Assembly (NCBI GenBank): GCA_963826715.1
Contig: CAWGYA010000008.1
Coordinates: forward strand, 224,001 to 288,000
Source of the DNA: Candidatus Bathyarchaeota archaeon
GTDB taxonomy: Archaea; Thermoproteota; Bathyarchaeia; Bathyarchaeales; Bathycorpusculaceae
Direction of reading: 5' to 3'
Length of the DNA: 64,000 nt
Positions 40,615 to 50,156 of this stretch are shown in pieces; the first letter of the stretch is position 1; every line of letters starts with the position of its first letter. The position numbers were made by a program, and so were the translations under genes. Below the pieces are notes generated by a model, which made no database searches, was not told where the DNA came from, and saw only the letters and a program-made list of their open reading frames with translations.

Positions 40615-41859
40615 TTAGTTTGTCTTTAGCGCATTTTTTATTAATTTTAAAGCTTTCTCTTTTTCGTTCCAATCTATAAATAACAATATACTTGAAGTAA
40701 TAGTCAAGATGCCTGAAATGTTTATGCCGTTAACGTTCAAGTCCTCGCTTATTCGACCGATTATACCATGAGTTTTCTCCAAACCAACACCGCTTGTTTT
40801 GATAAACACCAAGTCCTTCTTAACGGCCATAGCGATTGTTTCTTTGTTGTTTATTGTTATTTCGTGTATTTGGTTAAAGAGATTATTGATTGTTTTCTCT
40901 TGTGGCACATAGAGGATTATCGAGTTAGTGTTCATCGACATACCCAAAAGCATGGAGTTTTCTTTGACTTTCTCTACCAGCTGTGTGATAACCTGAGGAT
41001 TAGCTGATAATCCATCCCCAACAACAGTGATTTCAGCAACTGGCATAGGATGGGCAATTTCAGCGTCAAGTTCCGAGGCTAATCCACCTTTAATTAGGGT
41101 TCCTTCTTTGCCAAGATCACCATAGGCTGAATTCATAACTTTCACATCAATGTTTTCGGGTTTGTATTTGAGAGCCTTGCTATGGATGAACTTTGCGCCT
41201 GAATCCGCTAAACCCACAAGTGTGTTAACGTTGATTTCTGATAGTCTTTGGGGTGTACCGACGATTTTTGGGTCACCAGACATTATGCCATCTGCATCGG
41301 TTACAAGGACTACTTGGTCGGCATTTAGTCCCTTGGCCAAGAGGAAGGCTGTGGTGTCGCTTCCACCTCTGCCAAGGGTGGTAATTTTGCCACTTTTTGT
41401 TTTGCCCACGAACCCTGGGATGACAGGTATTAATCCTTTTTCTACTAGGGGGAGGATGCATTCATTGATGTTTTCTGCGCATTCTTGTAACAGCGGGTTG
41501 GCGTTTTGGAAGGCTTCGTCAGTTATGATGGGCCATTTGCAGTCCATTGGATCGAAGTAGCATGCGGCCACTCCGTTATTGCGCAATGCGGTTGCAAAGA
41601 TACGCACGCTAGTGCGTTCACCCATAGAAAGAATGTCATCTAAATCATGTTTTTCCAGTTTACCATTCGAAGTATTTTTTGCTGTAGTCATAAGGACATC
41701 AGTGGTTTTGCCCATAGCTGAGACCACGACAGTTACTTTGGTGCCTTTTTTGGCTTCATTCACTACTGCCATTACAGCACGTAAAAGACGTTCATGATCG
41801 GATAGACTGGATCCCCCGAATTTAACAACAATTTTACGTTCAGAGAGTTGTTTTGCCAT
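40615..41859 (-). CDS. lysC: aspartate kinase with C-terminal ACT domains
   Basis: VKFGGSS, VVSAMG, TLGRGGSDTTA, TDADG...DP. Confidence 0.93.
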   Translation of the reverse strand: MAKQLSERKIVVKFGGSSLSDHERLLRAVMAVVNEAKKGTKVTVVVSAMGKTTDVLMTTAKNTSNGKLEKHDLDDILSMGERTSVRIFATALRNNGVAACYFDPMDCKWPIITDEAFQNANPLLQECAENINECILPLVEKGLIPVIPGFVGKTKSGKITTLGRGGSDTTAFLLAKGLNADQVVLVTDADGIMSGDPKIVGTPQRLSEINVNTLVGLADSGAKFIHSKALKYKPENIDVKVMNSAYGDLGKEGTLIKGGLASELDAEIAHPMPVAEITVVGDGLSANPQVITQLVEKVKENSMLLGMSMNTNSIILYVPQEKTINNLFNQIHEITINNKETIAMAVKKDLVFIKTSGVGLEKTHGIIGRISEDLNVNGINISGILTITSSILLFIDWNEKEKALKLIKNALKTN

Positions 41860-41880
41860 TTTGTGTTACACCCTTGTTTT

Positions 41881-41918
41881 GCCCAGAACCGCTCTTGAAA
41901 AAATTTTCAGTTCTGGGC
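41881..41918 (-). promoter_or_regulatory. hairpin enclosing a U6 tract, immediately after the leader-peptide stop
   Basis: Minus strand GCCCAGAAC-TGAAAATTTTTTCA-AGAGCG-GTTCTGGGC: perfect 9-bp outer stem plus inner AU stem. Confidence 0.7.
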
Positions 41919-42008
41919 TTATGGAAAATATTCGTTATAATAAAAGACGTAGTCGAAGCTACGGAACAAAATTGCAGTACCAGCATCTTTTCCATTTGCA
42001 ATTAGCAT
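41919..42008 (-). CDS. putative Phe/Tyr-rich leader peptide, 29 aa (not in ORF track)
   Basis: MLIANGKDAGTAILFRSFDYVFYYNEYFP*; BRE/TATA-like CGAAACGC-TTATAT at ~42058-42045 upstream; lies 5' of the aromatic operon. Confidence 0.72.
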   Translation of the reverse strand: MLIANGKDAGTAILFRSFDYVFYYNEYFP

Positions 42009-42209
42009 TGCTTCGAACCTTTGGAATCACTCATATACCAAAAAATATAAGCGTTTCGGATTTAAGCTAAACAATAAGAAGTTAACTCTGGTTCTTAAGA
42101 AAATATGATCCCCTTATTTCTGCGGGGGACGACGTAGTGGAGTTGAGGTAATGGGTTACCAATATTATCACTCGATGAGGTTTAATTTACAAACAATAAT
42201 TGGTGCAAA

Positions 42210-42905
42210 TTACCTTTCGATTTTTATTATCTGAGGTAGCTTCCCGGCTGTTCCAACTTGTCCCTTGTAAATAATCAAGACACCTTCAACTCCATCAATT
42301 GCTAATGCTCTTCTGATCCCCGCTTCAATCCCCACCTCAACATCTCCTGTGACAACATTACCTACTGCAGTCGCCGCTGCATCAGCTAAACTGGCGTTTT
42401 TGCAGAAAACCGTAGCTGCCTCCGCTTGACCAAAGCTAAAAGCGTGACTAAAACATCCTGAGCTGGTAGCGACGGCAATTGGGAACTCTGTTAAGCGGAA
42501 ACCGAAGCGTCTTGAGAGTGGTTCTTCGCCCATGGCTACAGCAATGTCGATAGATTGTTTTGATTGTGCCATGATTTCACCGCCATCCTCCACAACCGCA
42601 ACTTTGCAATTTGTTTTTAGCATATCCGCAACTGCTAAGTCGGCTATAGCTCCAGCAACTGCCGCCATCGGGCCCACGTCTGCTTGCTCTGCTGCTTGAG
42701 CCATAAGTTTTGCAACTAGTGGCGATTCAGGAGGCGTTACAGGTTTAAAAGTATGCAGAAATTTTTTGTTCCCTTGAGCATAAAGTTCTAGTTCTGCATA
42801 ATTATGGGTGATAGATGCCTTAGCGACTTCTATGGCTTGATGGCTGTCAGAAATTATGGTGCATTGAGATTCTTTTAAAATAAAACTTTTCTTAAGCAGA
42901 TTCAA
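42210..42905 (-). CDS. UPF0280 / ApbE-like protein (COG2122)
   Basis: GPMAAVAGAIA, EDGGEI, ATSSG..SH.FSFG.A, ADAAATAVGN; start moved to TTG 42905. Confidence 0.9.
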   Translation of the reverse strand: MNLLKKSFILKESQCTIISDSHQAIEVAKASITHNYAELELYAQGNKKFLHTFKPVTPPESPLVAKLMAQAAEQADVGPMAAVAGAIADLAVADMLKTNCKVAVVEDGGEIMAQSKQSIDIAVAMGEEPLSRRFGFRLTEFPIAVATSSGCFSHAFSFGQAEAATVFCKNASLADAAATAVGNVVTGDVEVGIEAGIRRALAIDGVEGVLIIYKGQVGTAGKLPQIIKIER

Positions 42906-42907
42906 TG

Positions 42908-43345
42908 TCAACTTTTCTTTACCTTGCTGTTTACAGAGGTGTCGAACCCATTGGTTTTGATTGACTTTATGGCGCGGGCAGGGCAAGCGTCCACGCAGAT
43001 ACTACATGAACTACCGAGACATTTTTCCTTATCAAAGTTGATTGAAGCATCTTTATCTGTTCTTATGGCTTCCACAGGACAAAGGGCCACACAACTACCG
43101 CAGCTAAAACAACTCTCATAATCTACCTCTATCAGTTTGGGCACGGCTACAGTAACGCCGCGTTTTCGGAAAGCTTCAACTATTTTATCGAGGAATTCAT
43201 CAGGGACTTCGGCTAGAATCTCCCCACCTTTTGAATTAATCTGAGCAGACAGAATTGCGATTGGCACCTTGTATTCGATAATTATTTGTGATGCAATGGG
43301 CTCTGCTACTTGTTCTTCGTTAAATCGGATAAGAATTCTCCCCAT
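42908..43345 (-). CDS. NIL-domain ferredoxin (MA1822/MJ0099-like homocysteine synthesis partner)
   Basis: N-terminal NIL-like domain, CFSCGSCVALCP and CLGSSCSICVDACP. Confidence 0.88.
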   Translation of the reverse strand: MGRILIRFNEEQVAEPIASQIIIEYKVPIAILSAQINSKGGEILAEVPDEFLDKIVEAFRKRGVTVAVPKLIEVDYESCFSCGSCVALCPVEAIRTDKDASINFDKEKCLGSSCSICVDACPARAIKSIKTNGFDTSVNSKVKKS

Positions 43346-43349
43346 ATCA

Positions 43350-44852
43350 TTACCTTCCTAAAAGTTTAGCTACGTCTTCAGCAGTAACAATTCCTAACAC
43401 TTTCTTTTCGATGTCCACCACGGGTAACGCAGAAATGCAATGTTGCCCCATCCGCTTTGAAGCAATTTCAAGAGGCTCATCGGGTTTGGCTGTAAAGACT
43501 TTGTGGGTTTCGATATCTGCTAAGGCTTTTTTGCCTTCTGCCATGGCGCGAGTTATATCCCATGAGGTTACAATGCCCCGAAGTTTGCAATCACCATCCA
43601 CTACGACAATATGGTTAACAGATTTTGTTACTATACGCCGTGCAATGACGTGGATTTCTTCATCTTCAGTACAAGTGACTGCAGGATGCATTACATTAAC
43701 GACGAAGGGGATTTCTTCAGTTTGCCGCATGGGCTTAAAAACTGTGCTATTTGGCAGTCGCTCAATGGGGGGGGTTAATGTGAAGGTGCCTTCTTCAATC
43801 CATGATTTGAGTGTAGCGGAAACCTTCTTCGCCATCTTTATGCTTGATAACGAGCTAACGCGAACTTTTTTGCCATTCACGTTGATGCTGCCTGATTTGA
43901 GTTCTTTGTAACTAACTTGCCCAAACTTGGGGCGATCACGCCTCGGCACGCTGTAATCAACTACGTCGGTTAAAATTTCGCTATCGCGAATAGCGGTTTT
44001 TTTGGCTAGTCCTAAATTGAGAATTGGAATGGGAATACCCAACCCTACATAGAGGGAGGTACCATACCCTTTGAAAGAAGCCCCCCGCAAAAACTCACTT
44101 GACATCTGCTTTGCGTCTCCCTTCACCATTAAAGTACCGTTTAGGTTTTTGGGGCTATGCTGCGTACCTTCCCCGATGACATAACCCTGTCCACCACCAA
44201 GAAAGATTCGGGTACCCATTCCTATGGTTTCATAATCAGGGTCGTTCATGAGCGGGTTTAATTCGCCTGCACCTGAGAAAGTGGCATTGCGGAATCTGGG
44301 AAGAAGTTTGCTCATATATGTATAGATGATTTCGTCGCTGCTATTTACTGCGCAATTATATCGTTGGTAGCAGTTGCGGAAATTGATAAGGTAAAACTGG
44401 TTTAAGTCATCTGAGGTTAAGGTTGTTTTGATAGAGGTGCGTGGATAGCAATCGGTACCATAGGCATTGGCTCTTAGTTCGACTTCTCTTCCTGCGACTA
44501 AGTCCTCGATAATGTGTCCGCCACCGTATTCATAGGGTTGTTTCTCTGACATGTTGGTTGCGCCAATGAACAAATCCACTGCCGCACCGGGATGGCAGAC
44601 TTCGACGTCGTTTAACCAAGCATGATCAATCTTGATTGGAGGATCGGAGTGCCCAATGTTAATCACTGCACCTGAACTGCACATTGCGCCAAAAGTTCCA
44701 GTGGTAACCACATCTACTTCTTTGAAGGCAACTTCAATACCGCTGCTCTCAACGAGTTTTTTCATTTCTTCAGCGGTTAGAACTTGAGCGTCGCCTTTGC
44801 GAATTTTCTCATTAATCTCTTCGATGCTGCGGGTTTTCGCTTCCTTAGACAA
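43350..44852 (-). CDS. L-aspartate semialdehyde sulfurtransferase (DUF39 + CBS; MA1821/MJ0100-like)
   Basis: VDVVTTGTFGAMCSSGA, YGGGH, GTDCYPR, GEGTQH, C-terminal CBS pair. Confidence 0.93.
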   Translation of the reverse strand: MSKEAKTRSIEEINEKIRKGDAQVLTAEEMKKLVESSGIEVAFKEVDVVTTGTFGAMCSSGAVINIGHSDPPIKIDHAWLNDVEVCHPGAAVDLFIGATNMSEKQPYEYGGGHIIEDLVAGREVELRANAYGTDCYPRTSIKTTLTSDDLNQFYLINFRNCYQRYNCAVNSSDEIIYTYMSKLLPRFRNATFSGAGELNPLMNDPDYETIGMGTRIFLGGGQGYVIGEGTQHSPKNLNGTLMVKGDAKQMSSEFLRGASFKGYGTSLYVGLGIPIPILNLGLAKKTAIRDSEILTDVVDYSVPRRDRPKFGQVSYKELKSGSINVNGKKVRVSSLSSIKMAKKVSATLKSWIEEGTFTLTPPIERLPNSTVFKPMRQTEEIPFVVNVMHPAVTCTEDEEIHVIARRIVTKSVNHIVVVDGDCKLRGIVTSWDITRAMAEGKKALADIETHKVFTAKPDEPLEIASKRMGQHCISALPVVDIEKKVLGIVTAEDVAKLLGR

Positions 44853-45032
44853 AGTAGCCTTACCTTAACGCCAAACGATTAGGCGGCTGGACAATATAAT
44901 ATTTACTCAAAGATCAAGATCCAATCTGTCCGAGGTCAAAATATTCAACTCTGTGCAAAAATTTTTCTGCAATATTCTATGCAAAAAAGTCAACATAATA
45001 AAGAATGTTGGTTTACATAATAAGAAACGAAA

Positions 45033-45533
45033 TCAGGTTTTTAGTTGATCTGCAATTTTAGCACCGAATTCAACAGATCTAGAAAGTTCCCCTTCTGCGA
45101 GTGGACCTGTTACACCTTTCACTTTCACAGACAATCCTGGCAGAACCTGTCTTAGTTGCGGCATTTTTTCTGCTATTAGGCTTTCTAATTTTTTCTCAGC
45201 TCTGTCTTGTGAACGAAATCTACCTGAGTAAGTTCCGAAAACAGCCACCCTATCAGCTTTCAAATCGCTGGAGGCTAAACGCTCAATGAAGTTCTTCATT
45301 GCCCTTGATGGACTAGCCATGTGATTAGGGGCACCCAAGATTATGAGATCAGAACAAATTGCATTTTGGAGGTTAACTTCTTTAATGTATCCCATATCGA
45401 CGTCTATGCCCTCAAACTTTTTTAAACCGTCTACAATTTTTTCGGCTACAACCTTAGTGTTGCCATACTTGGAATCATAAAAGACAAAGACTTTCACCAT
45501 AAATTTTCTCTCAAAATATAATGTGAATGGCAA
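45033..45533 (-). CDS. flavodoxin-like protein (start probably 45500)
   Basis: YDSKYGNT FMN-phosphate loop, ILGAP, AVFGTY. Confidence 0.88.
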   Translation of the reverse strand: MPFTLYFERKFMVKVFVFYDSKYGNTKVVAEKIVDGLKKFEGIDVDMGYIKEVNLQNAICSDLIILGAPNHMASPSRAMKNFIERLASSDLKADRVAVFGTYSGRFRSQDRAEKKLESLIAEKMPQLRQVLPGLSVKVKGVTGPLAEGELSRSVEFGAKIADQLKT

Positions 45534-45721
45534 CGTAAAAAGTTCCCCCCTAACATATCAGGGTAACGAAACTACCACGCTAACAATAATTGGAGAAAGA
45601 TTTCGTAATGCACCATGATACAGAGTAATGCGTTTTCTTTAGATTTATGCGAAACTTGTAAACAAGATGCGTTTGAGGACACAATGGTCTATTCAGTTAC
45701 ACCTTTTGAAGTGAAGAATAG

Positions 45722-48700
45722 TTACCATTGCTTCCAGGGCAACTCGTCCATGTATTCATTGAGGCTTCGAATGCTGTTGCTGTTTTGGTCTTTATGTTTG
45801 AGCACATCCACTAGGGCCGCTGCTAACTGCAAATTGGTGATAACTGGAACGTTGAATTCCACCGCTTGACGTCGTATGACGTAACCATCGGTTAAAATAT
45901 CATTAAAGCTTGAACGGCGATTTGCCATGGGTACGTTGATGACGAGGTCAATTTTGCGTTCTTGAAGGTAGTCAAGGATGTTGGGAGTGACTTCAGGATC
46001 TTTGACTTTGTGGAGAACAACTGTGTTTATGTCATTGTTGTTGAGCACTCTAGCTGTATTTGCTGTCGCATAGATTTTGAAGCCCATATCTGCGAAGGAC
46101 TTGGCGATTGGAACCACTCGTTTCTTGCGTTCCTCGTCGCCGCCGACACTGATGAGCACTGACCCGCCTTTTGGAGGAATTGTGAACTCTGCAGCCTGTA
46201 AGGCTTTGAAGAATGCATCTGAGAAGTTCTCGCCCAAACAGGCCACCTCACCAGTGCTAAGCATTTCAACGCCAAGAACTGGATCGGCGCCACTAAGGCG
46301 CATGAAGCTGAACTGGGGTACCTTAACTCCTACGTGAGGGGCTACCTGCATCGGTGAGAGTTTGGCGTTGATTTTTTTGCCCAACATCGCGAGAGTAGCA
46401 AGTTCAATCAGATTTATCCCGCGGGTTTTGCTGACAAACGGCATGGAGCGTGATGCTCGTAGGTTACATTCAATTACGTTGACTATGTCGTCTTTTACTA
46501 GGTATTGGATGTTATAGGGACCGTGTATTTTGAGGGCTTTTACGATGCTTATTGTTGCTTCCTCAATATCTTTTTGAACCTCGGGTTTGAGGGCTTGAGG
46601 GGGAATGGTCATGGTTGCGTCGCCGCTATGGACACCTGCGTTTTCGACATGTTCCATGATGGCGCCGATAAAGACATTTTCGCCATCGGAGACACCGTCA
46701 ACTTCGACTTCTTTGGCGCGGGTAATGAATTTGCTAATAACCACAGGATGGTCGCGGGAAACCTTCGCTGCTAGGTTGAGGAAATTAATCAGCGAGACCT
46801 CGTTGTATGCGACTCTCATAGCGGAACCGGAAAGCACATAGCTTGGGCGTACCAGGACGGGGTAGCCGATTTTCTGTGCAAACCGCTTCGCATCTTCAAT
46901 TGATTGAAGTTTACTCCAGCCTGGCTGATGAATACCTAATTGGTCGAGGAGTGCGCTGAATTTGCTACGGTCTTCGGCTAGGTCTACATCCTGTGCTGAT
47001 GTGCCCAAGATGTTGGCGCCTGCTTCGCAGAGCGGTAAAGAGAGGTTGTTAGGAATTTGTCCGCCGACGCTGGTTATAATACCGAGTGGCTTTTCCTTTT
47101 CGTATATGTCTAGGATGCGTTCGGCAGTTAATTCTTCAAAGTAGAGTTTGTCGGAGACATCATAATCTGTGCTGACAGTTTCAGGGTTGTAATTGACCAT
47201 GATGGCTTCTTTTATGCCGTTTTTCTTGAGCGCCCAAATTGTGTTAACCCCACACCAGTCAAACTCCACACTACTACCAATGCGGAAAACACCTGCACCT
47301 AAAACTATGACTTTGCTCGGATCTGTGCTCAGTTCAATGTCGTCTTCGTCTCCGCCGTATGTAAGGTAGAGGTAGTTGGTTTTTGCTGGCCATTCTGCAG
47401 CCAAAGTATCGATCTGCTTTACTACGGGGATAATGCCTGCTTTTTTGCGGTAGCTACGGATGGAGTTTTCTGTGGTTTTTTGGCAAACTGCGATTTGTTC
47501 GTCTGAGAAGCCCAAGCGTTTGGCTTCGCGAATAATTTTAACTGCATCAGTTTCTGCGAGGTTGAGGCAGCAGAGTTGGGATTCCATGTCTATTATGTTT
47601 TGGATTTTGTGTAGGAAAAATGGATCAACTCCGCTTAAACGGTAAATCTCCATTATGGGGATTCCGATTTTGAGGGCTTTTGCAACCTTGTACAGGCGTT
47701 CGTCTGTGGGATGCGCCATCTCATCGCGTAGGCTCTCCTCAGATTCTAATTCTGTGTCCTCCGGGTTACAGACCAATCCTATTTTTCCAGTGTCGAGCAT
47801 GCGTACCGCTTTCTGCAGGGCTTCTTCAAAGCAGCGACCAATTGCCATGACTTCTCCGACGCTGCGCATTTGAGGACCGACATGGCGATCTGCGTTTTTG
47901 AATTTCTGCAGGTCCCAGCGGGGAATTTTGACGGTGATATAGTCTAGGGCGGGTTCGAAGCATGCGGTGGTGACTTCAGTGACTTTGTTGATGAGTTCAG
48001 GCAGTGTGTAGCCTAATGTTAGTTTAGTTGCGATGTAAGCTAGTGGGTAGCCTGTTACTTTGCTGGCTAGAGCTGAGCTTCGGGACATGCGTGAGTTGAC
48101 TTCGATAACGCGGCACTCTTCAGATTTTGGATGTAGCGCCCATTGGATGTTACATTCGCCTACGATTCCGAGACTGCGTATTGCATTTATGGAAATCGTG
48201 CGAATTTGGTGGTATTCACGGTTTGTCATAGTCTGTGAAGGCGCGACAACTATGGAGTCGCCTGTGTGGATGCCCATTGGGTCAAAGTTCTCCATATTGC
48301 ACACGGTTAGGCAGTTGTCAGCGTAATCGCGCATTACTTCGTACTCGACTTCCTTCCAGTGCCCCACGTATTCTTCTACAAGAACTTGGTTGATGCGGCT
48401 CTGAGCAATGCCAATAGTTACGATTTCTTTGAGTTCATGTTGGTTGTGGGCGACGCCTGCACCTTTTCCGCCAAGTGTGTAGGCCACTCGGACCATTACA
48501 GGGTAGCCAATTTCTTCGGCAATTGTCTCTGCCTGTTTGAAGCTGGTTGCTGCTCTACTTTTTAGGTATGGTACACCAGCTTTTTGCATAGCTTGGCGGA
48601 AGCGTTCGCGGTCTCCAGTGTCTTCGATAGCTTGGACAGGTGTTCCTAAAACTTTGACGTTGTATTTTTGGAGAATACCCGTTTTTTCGAGTTCTAAACC

Positions 48701-48994
48701 GCAATTAAGAGCAGTTTGTCCACCGAAACCTAAGAGGATACCGTCTGGGCGTTCTTTGGCGATAACTTTTTCGACGTATTCAGGAGTAACTGGTAAAAGG
48801 TATACTTTGCCTGAGAGACGCGGGTCAGTTTGAATGGTTGCGATGTTTGGGTTAATCAAAACCGTTTCAATACCTTCTTCACGAAGTGCTTTTAGGCATT
48901 GGCTACCGCTGTAATCGAATTCGGCAGCTTCCCCGATTTTTATTGCACCGCTTCCTAGCACCATAACTTTCTTTATCCAGTCAAACTTTGGCAT
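45722..48994 (-). CDS. carB: carbamoyl-phosphate synthase large subunit
   Basis: GSGAIKIGEAAEFDYSG, duplicated ATP-grasp (HTGDS / HSGDA), MGS domain. Confidence 0.98.
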   Translation of the reverse strand: MPKFDWIKKVMVLGSGAIKIGEAAEFDYSGSQCLKALREEGIETVLINPNIATIQTDPRLSGKVYLLPVTPEYVEKVIAKERPDGILLGFGGQTALNCGLELEKTGILQKYNVKVLGTPVQAIEDTGDRERFRQAMQKAGVPYLKSRAATSFKQAETIAEEIGYPVMVRVAYTLGGKGAGVAHNQHELKEIVTIGIAQSRINQVLVEEYVGHWKEVEYEVMRDYADNCLTVCNMENFDPMGIHTGDSIVVAPSQTMTNREYHQIRTISINAIRSLGIVGECNIQWALHPKSEECRVIEVNSRMSRSSALASKVTGYPLAYIATKLTLGYTLPELINKVTEVTTACFEPALDYITVKIPRWDLQKFKNADRHVGPQMRSVGEVMAIGRCFEEALQKAVRMLDTGKIGLVCNPEDTELESEESLRDEMAHPTDERLYKVAKALKIGIPIMEIYRLSGVDPFFLHKIQNIIDMESQLCCLNLAETDAVKIIREAKRLGFSDEQIAVCQKTTENSIRSYRKKAGIIPVVKQIDTLAAEWPAKTNYLYLTYGGDEDDIELSTDPSKVIVLGAGVFRIGSSVEFDWCGVNTIWALKKNGIKEAIMVNYNPETVSTDYDVSDKLYFEELTAERILDIYEKEKPLGIITSVGGQIPNNLSLPLCEAGANILGTSAQDVDLAEDRSKFSALLDQLGIHQPGWSKLQSIEDAKRFAQKIGYPVLVRPSYVLSGSAMRVAYNEVSLINFLNLAAKVSRDHPVVISKFITRAKEVEVDGVSDGENVFIGAIMEHVENAGVHSGDATMTIPPQALKPEVQKDIEEATISIVKALKIHGPYNIQYLVKDDIVNVIECNLRASRSMPFVSKTRGINLIELATLAMLGKKINAKLSPMQVAPHVGVKVPQFSFMRLSGADPVLGVEMLSTGEVACLGENFSDAFFKALQAAEFTIPPKGGSVLISVGGDEERKKRVVPIAKSFADMGFKIYATANTARVLNNNDINTVVLHKVKDPEVTPNILDYLQERKIDLVINVPMANRRSSFNDILTDGYVIRRQAVEFNVPVITNLQLAAALVDVLKHKDQNSNSIRSLNEYMDELPWKQW

Positions 48995-50152
48995 TTATGG
49001 CGCCTCCAAAGATTTTGCGAATTTATCAAACAGCATCTCCGTGTCATATGGACCTGGTGAGGCTTCTGGGTGCCATTGAACCGCGAAAACAGGTTTATTT
49101 TTGTGGCATACGCCTTCGGTTGTTTTGTCGTTTGGATTCAAAAACCAAGGCTGTAGAGGTGTTTTTTTCAGGGATTCCATGTTTATAGCGTAACCATGGT
49201 TCTGCGTGGTGATGTAGCAGCGGCGACTCGCCAAGTCTAGGGCAGGTTGGTTCTGTGCGCGGTGGCCAAATTTGAGTTTATATGTGTCACCGCCTAGTGC
49301 CAGCGCAAGAATTTGTGCGCCAAGGCAGATACCCATAATTGGGGTTTTTTCGCTGAGTTCGCGGATAGATTCGATAGTTTTAATGCATTTTTTGGGATCG
49401 CCTGGTCCATTGCTTATGAATACACCATTGGGATTATAGTTGAGGATTTCATTTGCGGGTGTATCATAGGGGACGCGGACTACATTTATGCCTCTTTTGA
49501 GCAAGTTTCGTATGATGCTGTATTTAACCCCACAGTCAATGAGTACCACGGTTTTTTTTCCTTCTATGCTGTATGATACGGGTTTTTTGACTGAGACTTC
49601 TTTAACTAGGTCGGTTTTATTGGGGTCAGCGATGTTTTTGCCGTTCTTTAGCAATGATTCTATGTCGGGTTCTTGGCCCTCTTCAAAAGCTTGCAGTATA
49701 CCCAGCATGACTCCGTGGGTGCGGAGTTTCTTGGTTAAGTGACGTGTATCTACGCCGTAGATGCCGGGAACGCCTTCGTCTGTGAGCCATTGATCAAGGG
49801 TACGGGTGGATGCCCAGTGAAAGGGTTGATGACAGAGTTCATGGATGATTAAGCCTTGAACTTGGATGTGGGCAGATTCAAAATAGAGTGGCAAGCCAAG
49901 GTTGAGTTGGTTTGATGGAACGCCATAGTTGCCCACCATAGGGTACGTGAAAGTTAAAATCTGTCCCTTATAGGACGGGTCCGTCAATGCTTCGGGGTAA
50001 CCAACCATCTGAGTGGAAAAAACAACTTCTCCAGAAATTTTGCCTGTTGCACCAAAACCTTTACCGATAAATGACGTTCCGTCTTCAAGTAGCAGAACAG
50101 CTTTTTTACTATTTTTGGACGTGCTATCTTGTGGAGCCAAAGCCCTATTCAA
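48995..50152 (-). CDS. carA: carbamoyl-phosphate synthase small subunit
   Basis: LTDPSY, SNGPGDP, GICLG, QNHGY, HPEASPGP. Confidence 0.98.
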   Translation of the reverse strand: MNRALAPQDSTSKNSKKAVLLLEDGTSFIGKGFGATGKISGEVVFSTQMVGYPEALTDPSYKGQILTFTYPMVGNYGVPSNQLNLGLPLYFESAHIQVQGLIIHELCHQPFHWASTRTLDQWLTDEGVPGIYGVDTRHLTKKLRTHGVMLGILQAFEEGQEPDIESLLKNGKNIADPNKTDLVKEVSVKKPVSYSIEGKKTVVLIDCGVKYSIIRNLLKRGINVVRVPYDTPANEILNYNPNGVFISNGPGDPKKCIKTIESIRELSEKTPIMGICLGAQILALALGGDTYKLKFGHRAQNQPALDLASRRCYITTQNHGYAINMESLKKTPLQPWFLNPNDKTTEGVCHKNKPVFAVQWHPEASPGPYDTEMLFDKFAKSLEAP

Positions 50153-50156
50153 CCTA

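Noticed and set aside
41861-42070. 69-aa plus-strand ORF in the aro leader region
   Set aside because: Antisense to the promoter and leader, with no motif; the minus-strand F/Y-rich ORF explains the region better
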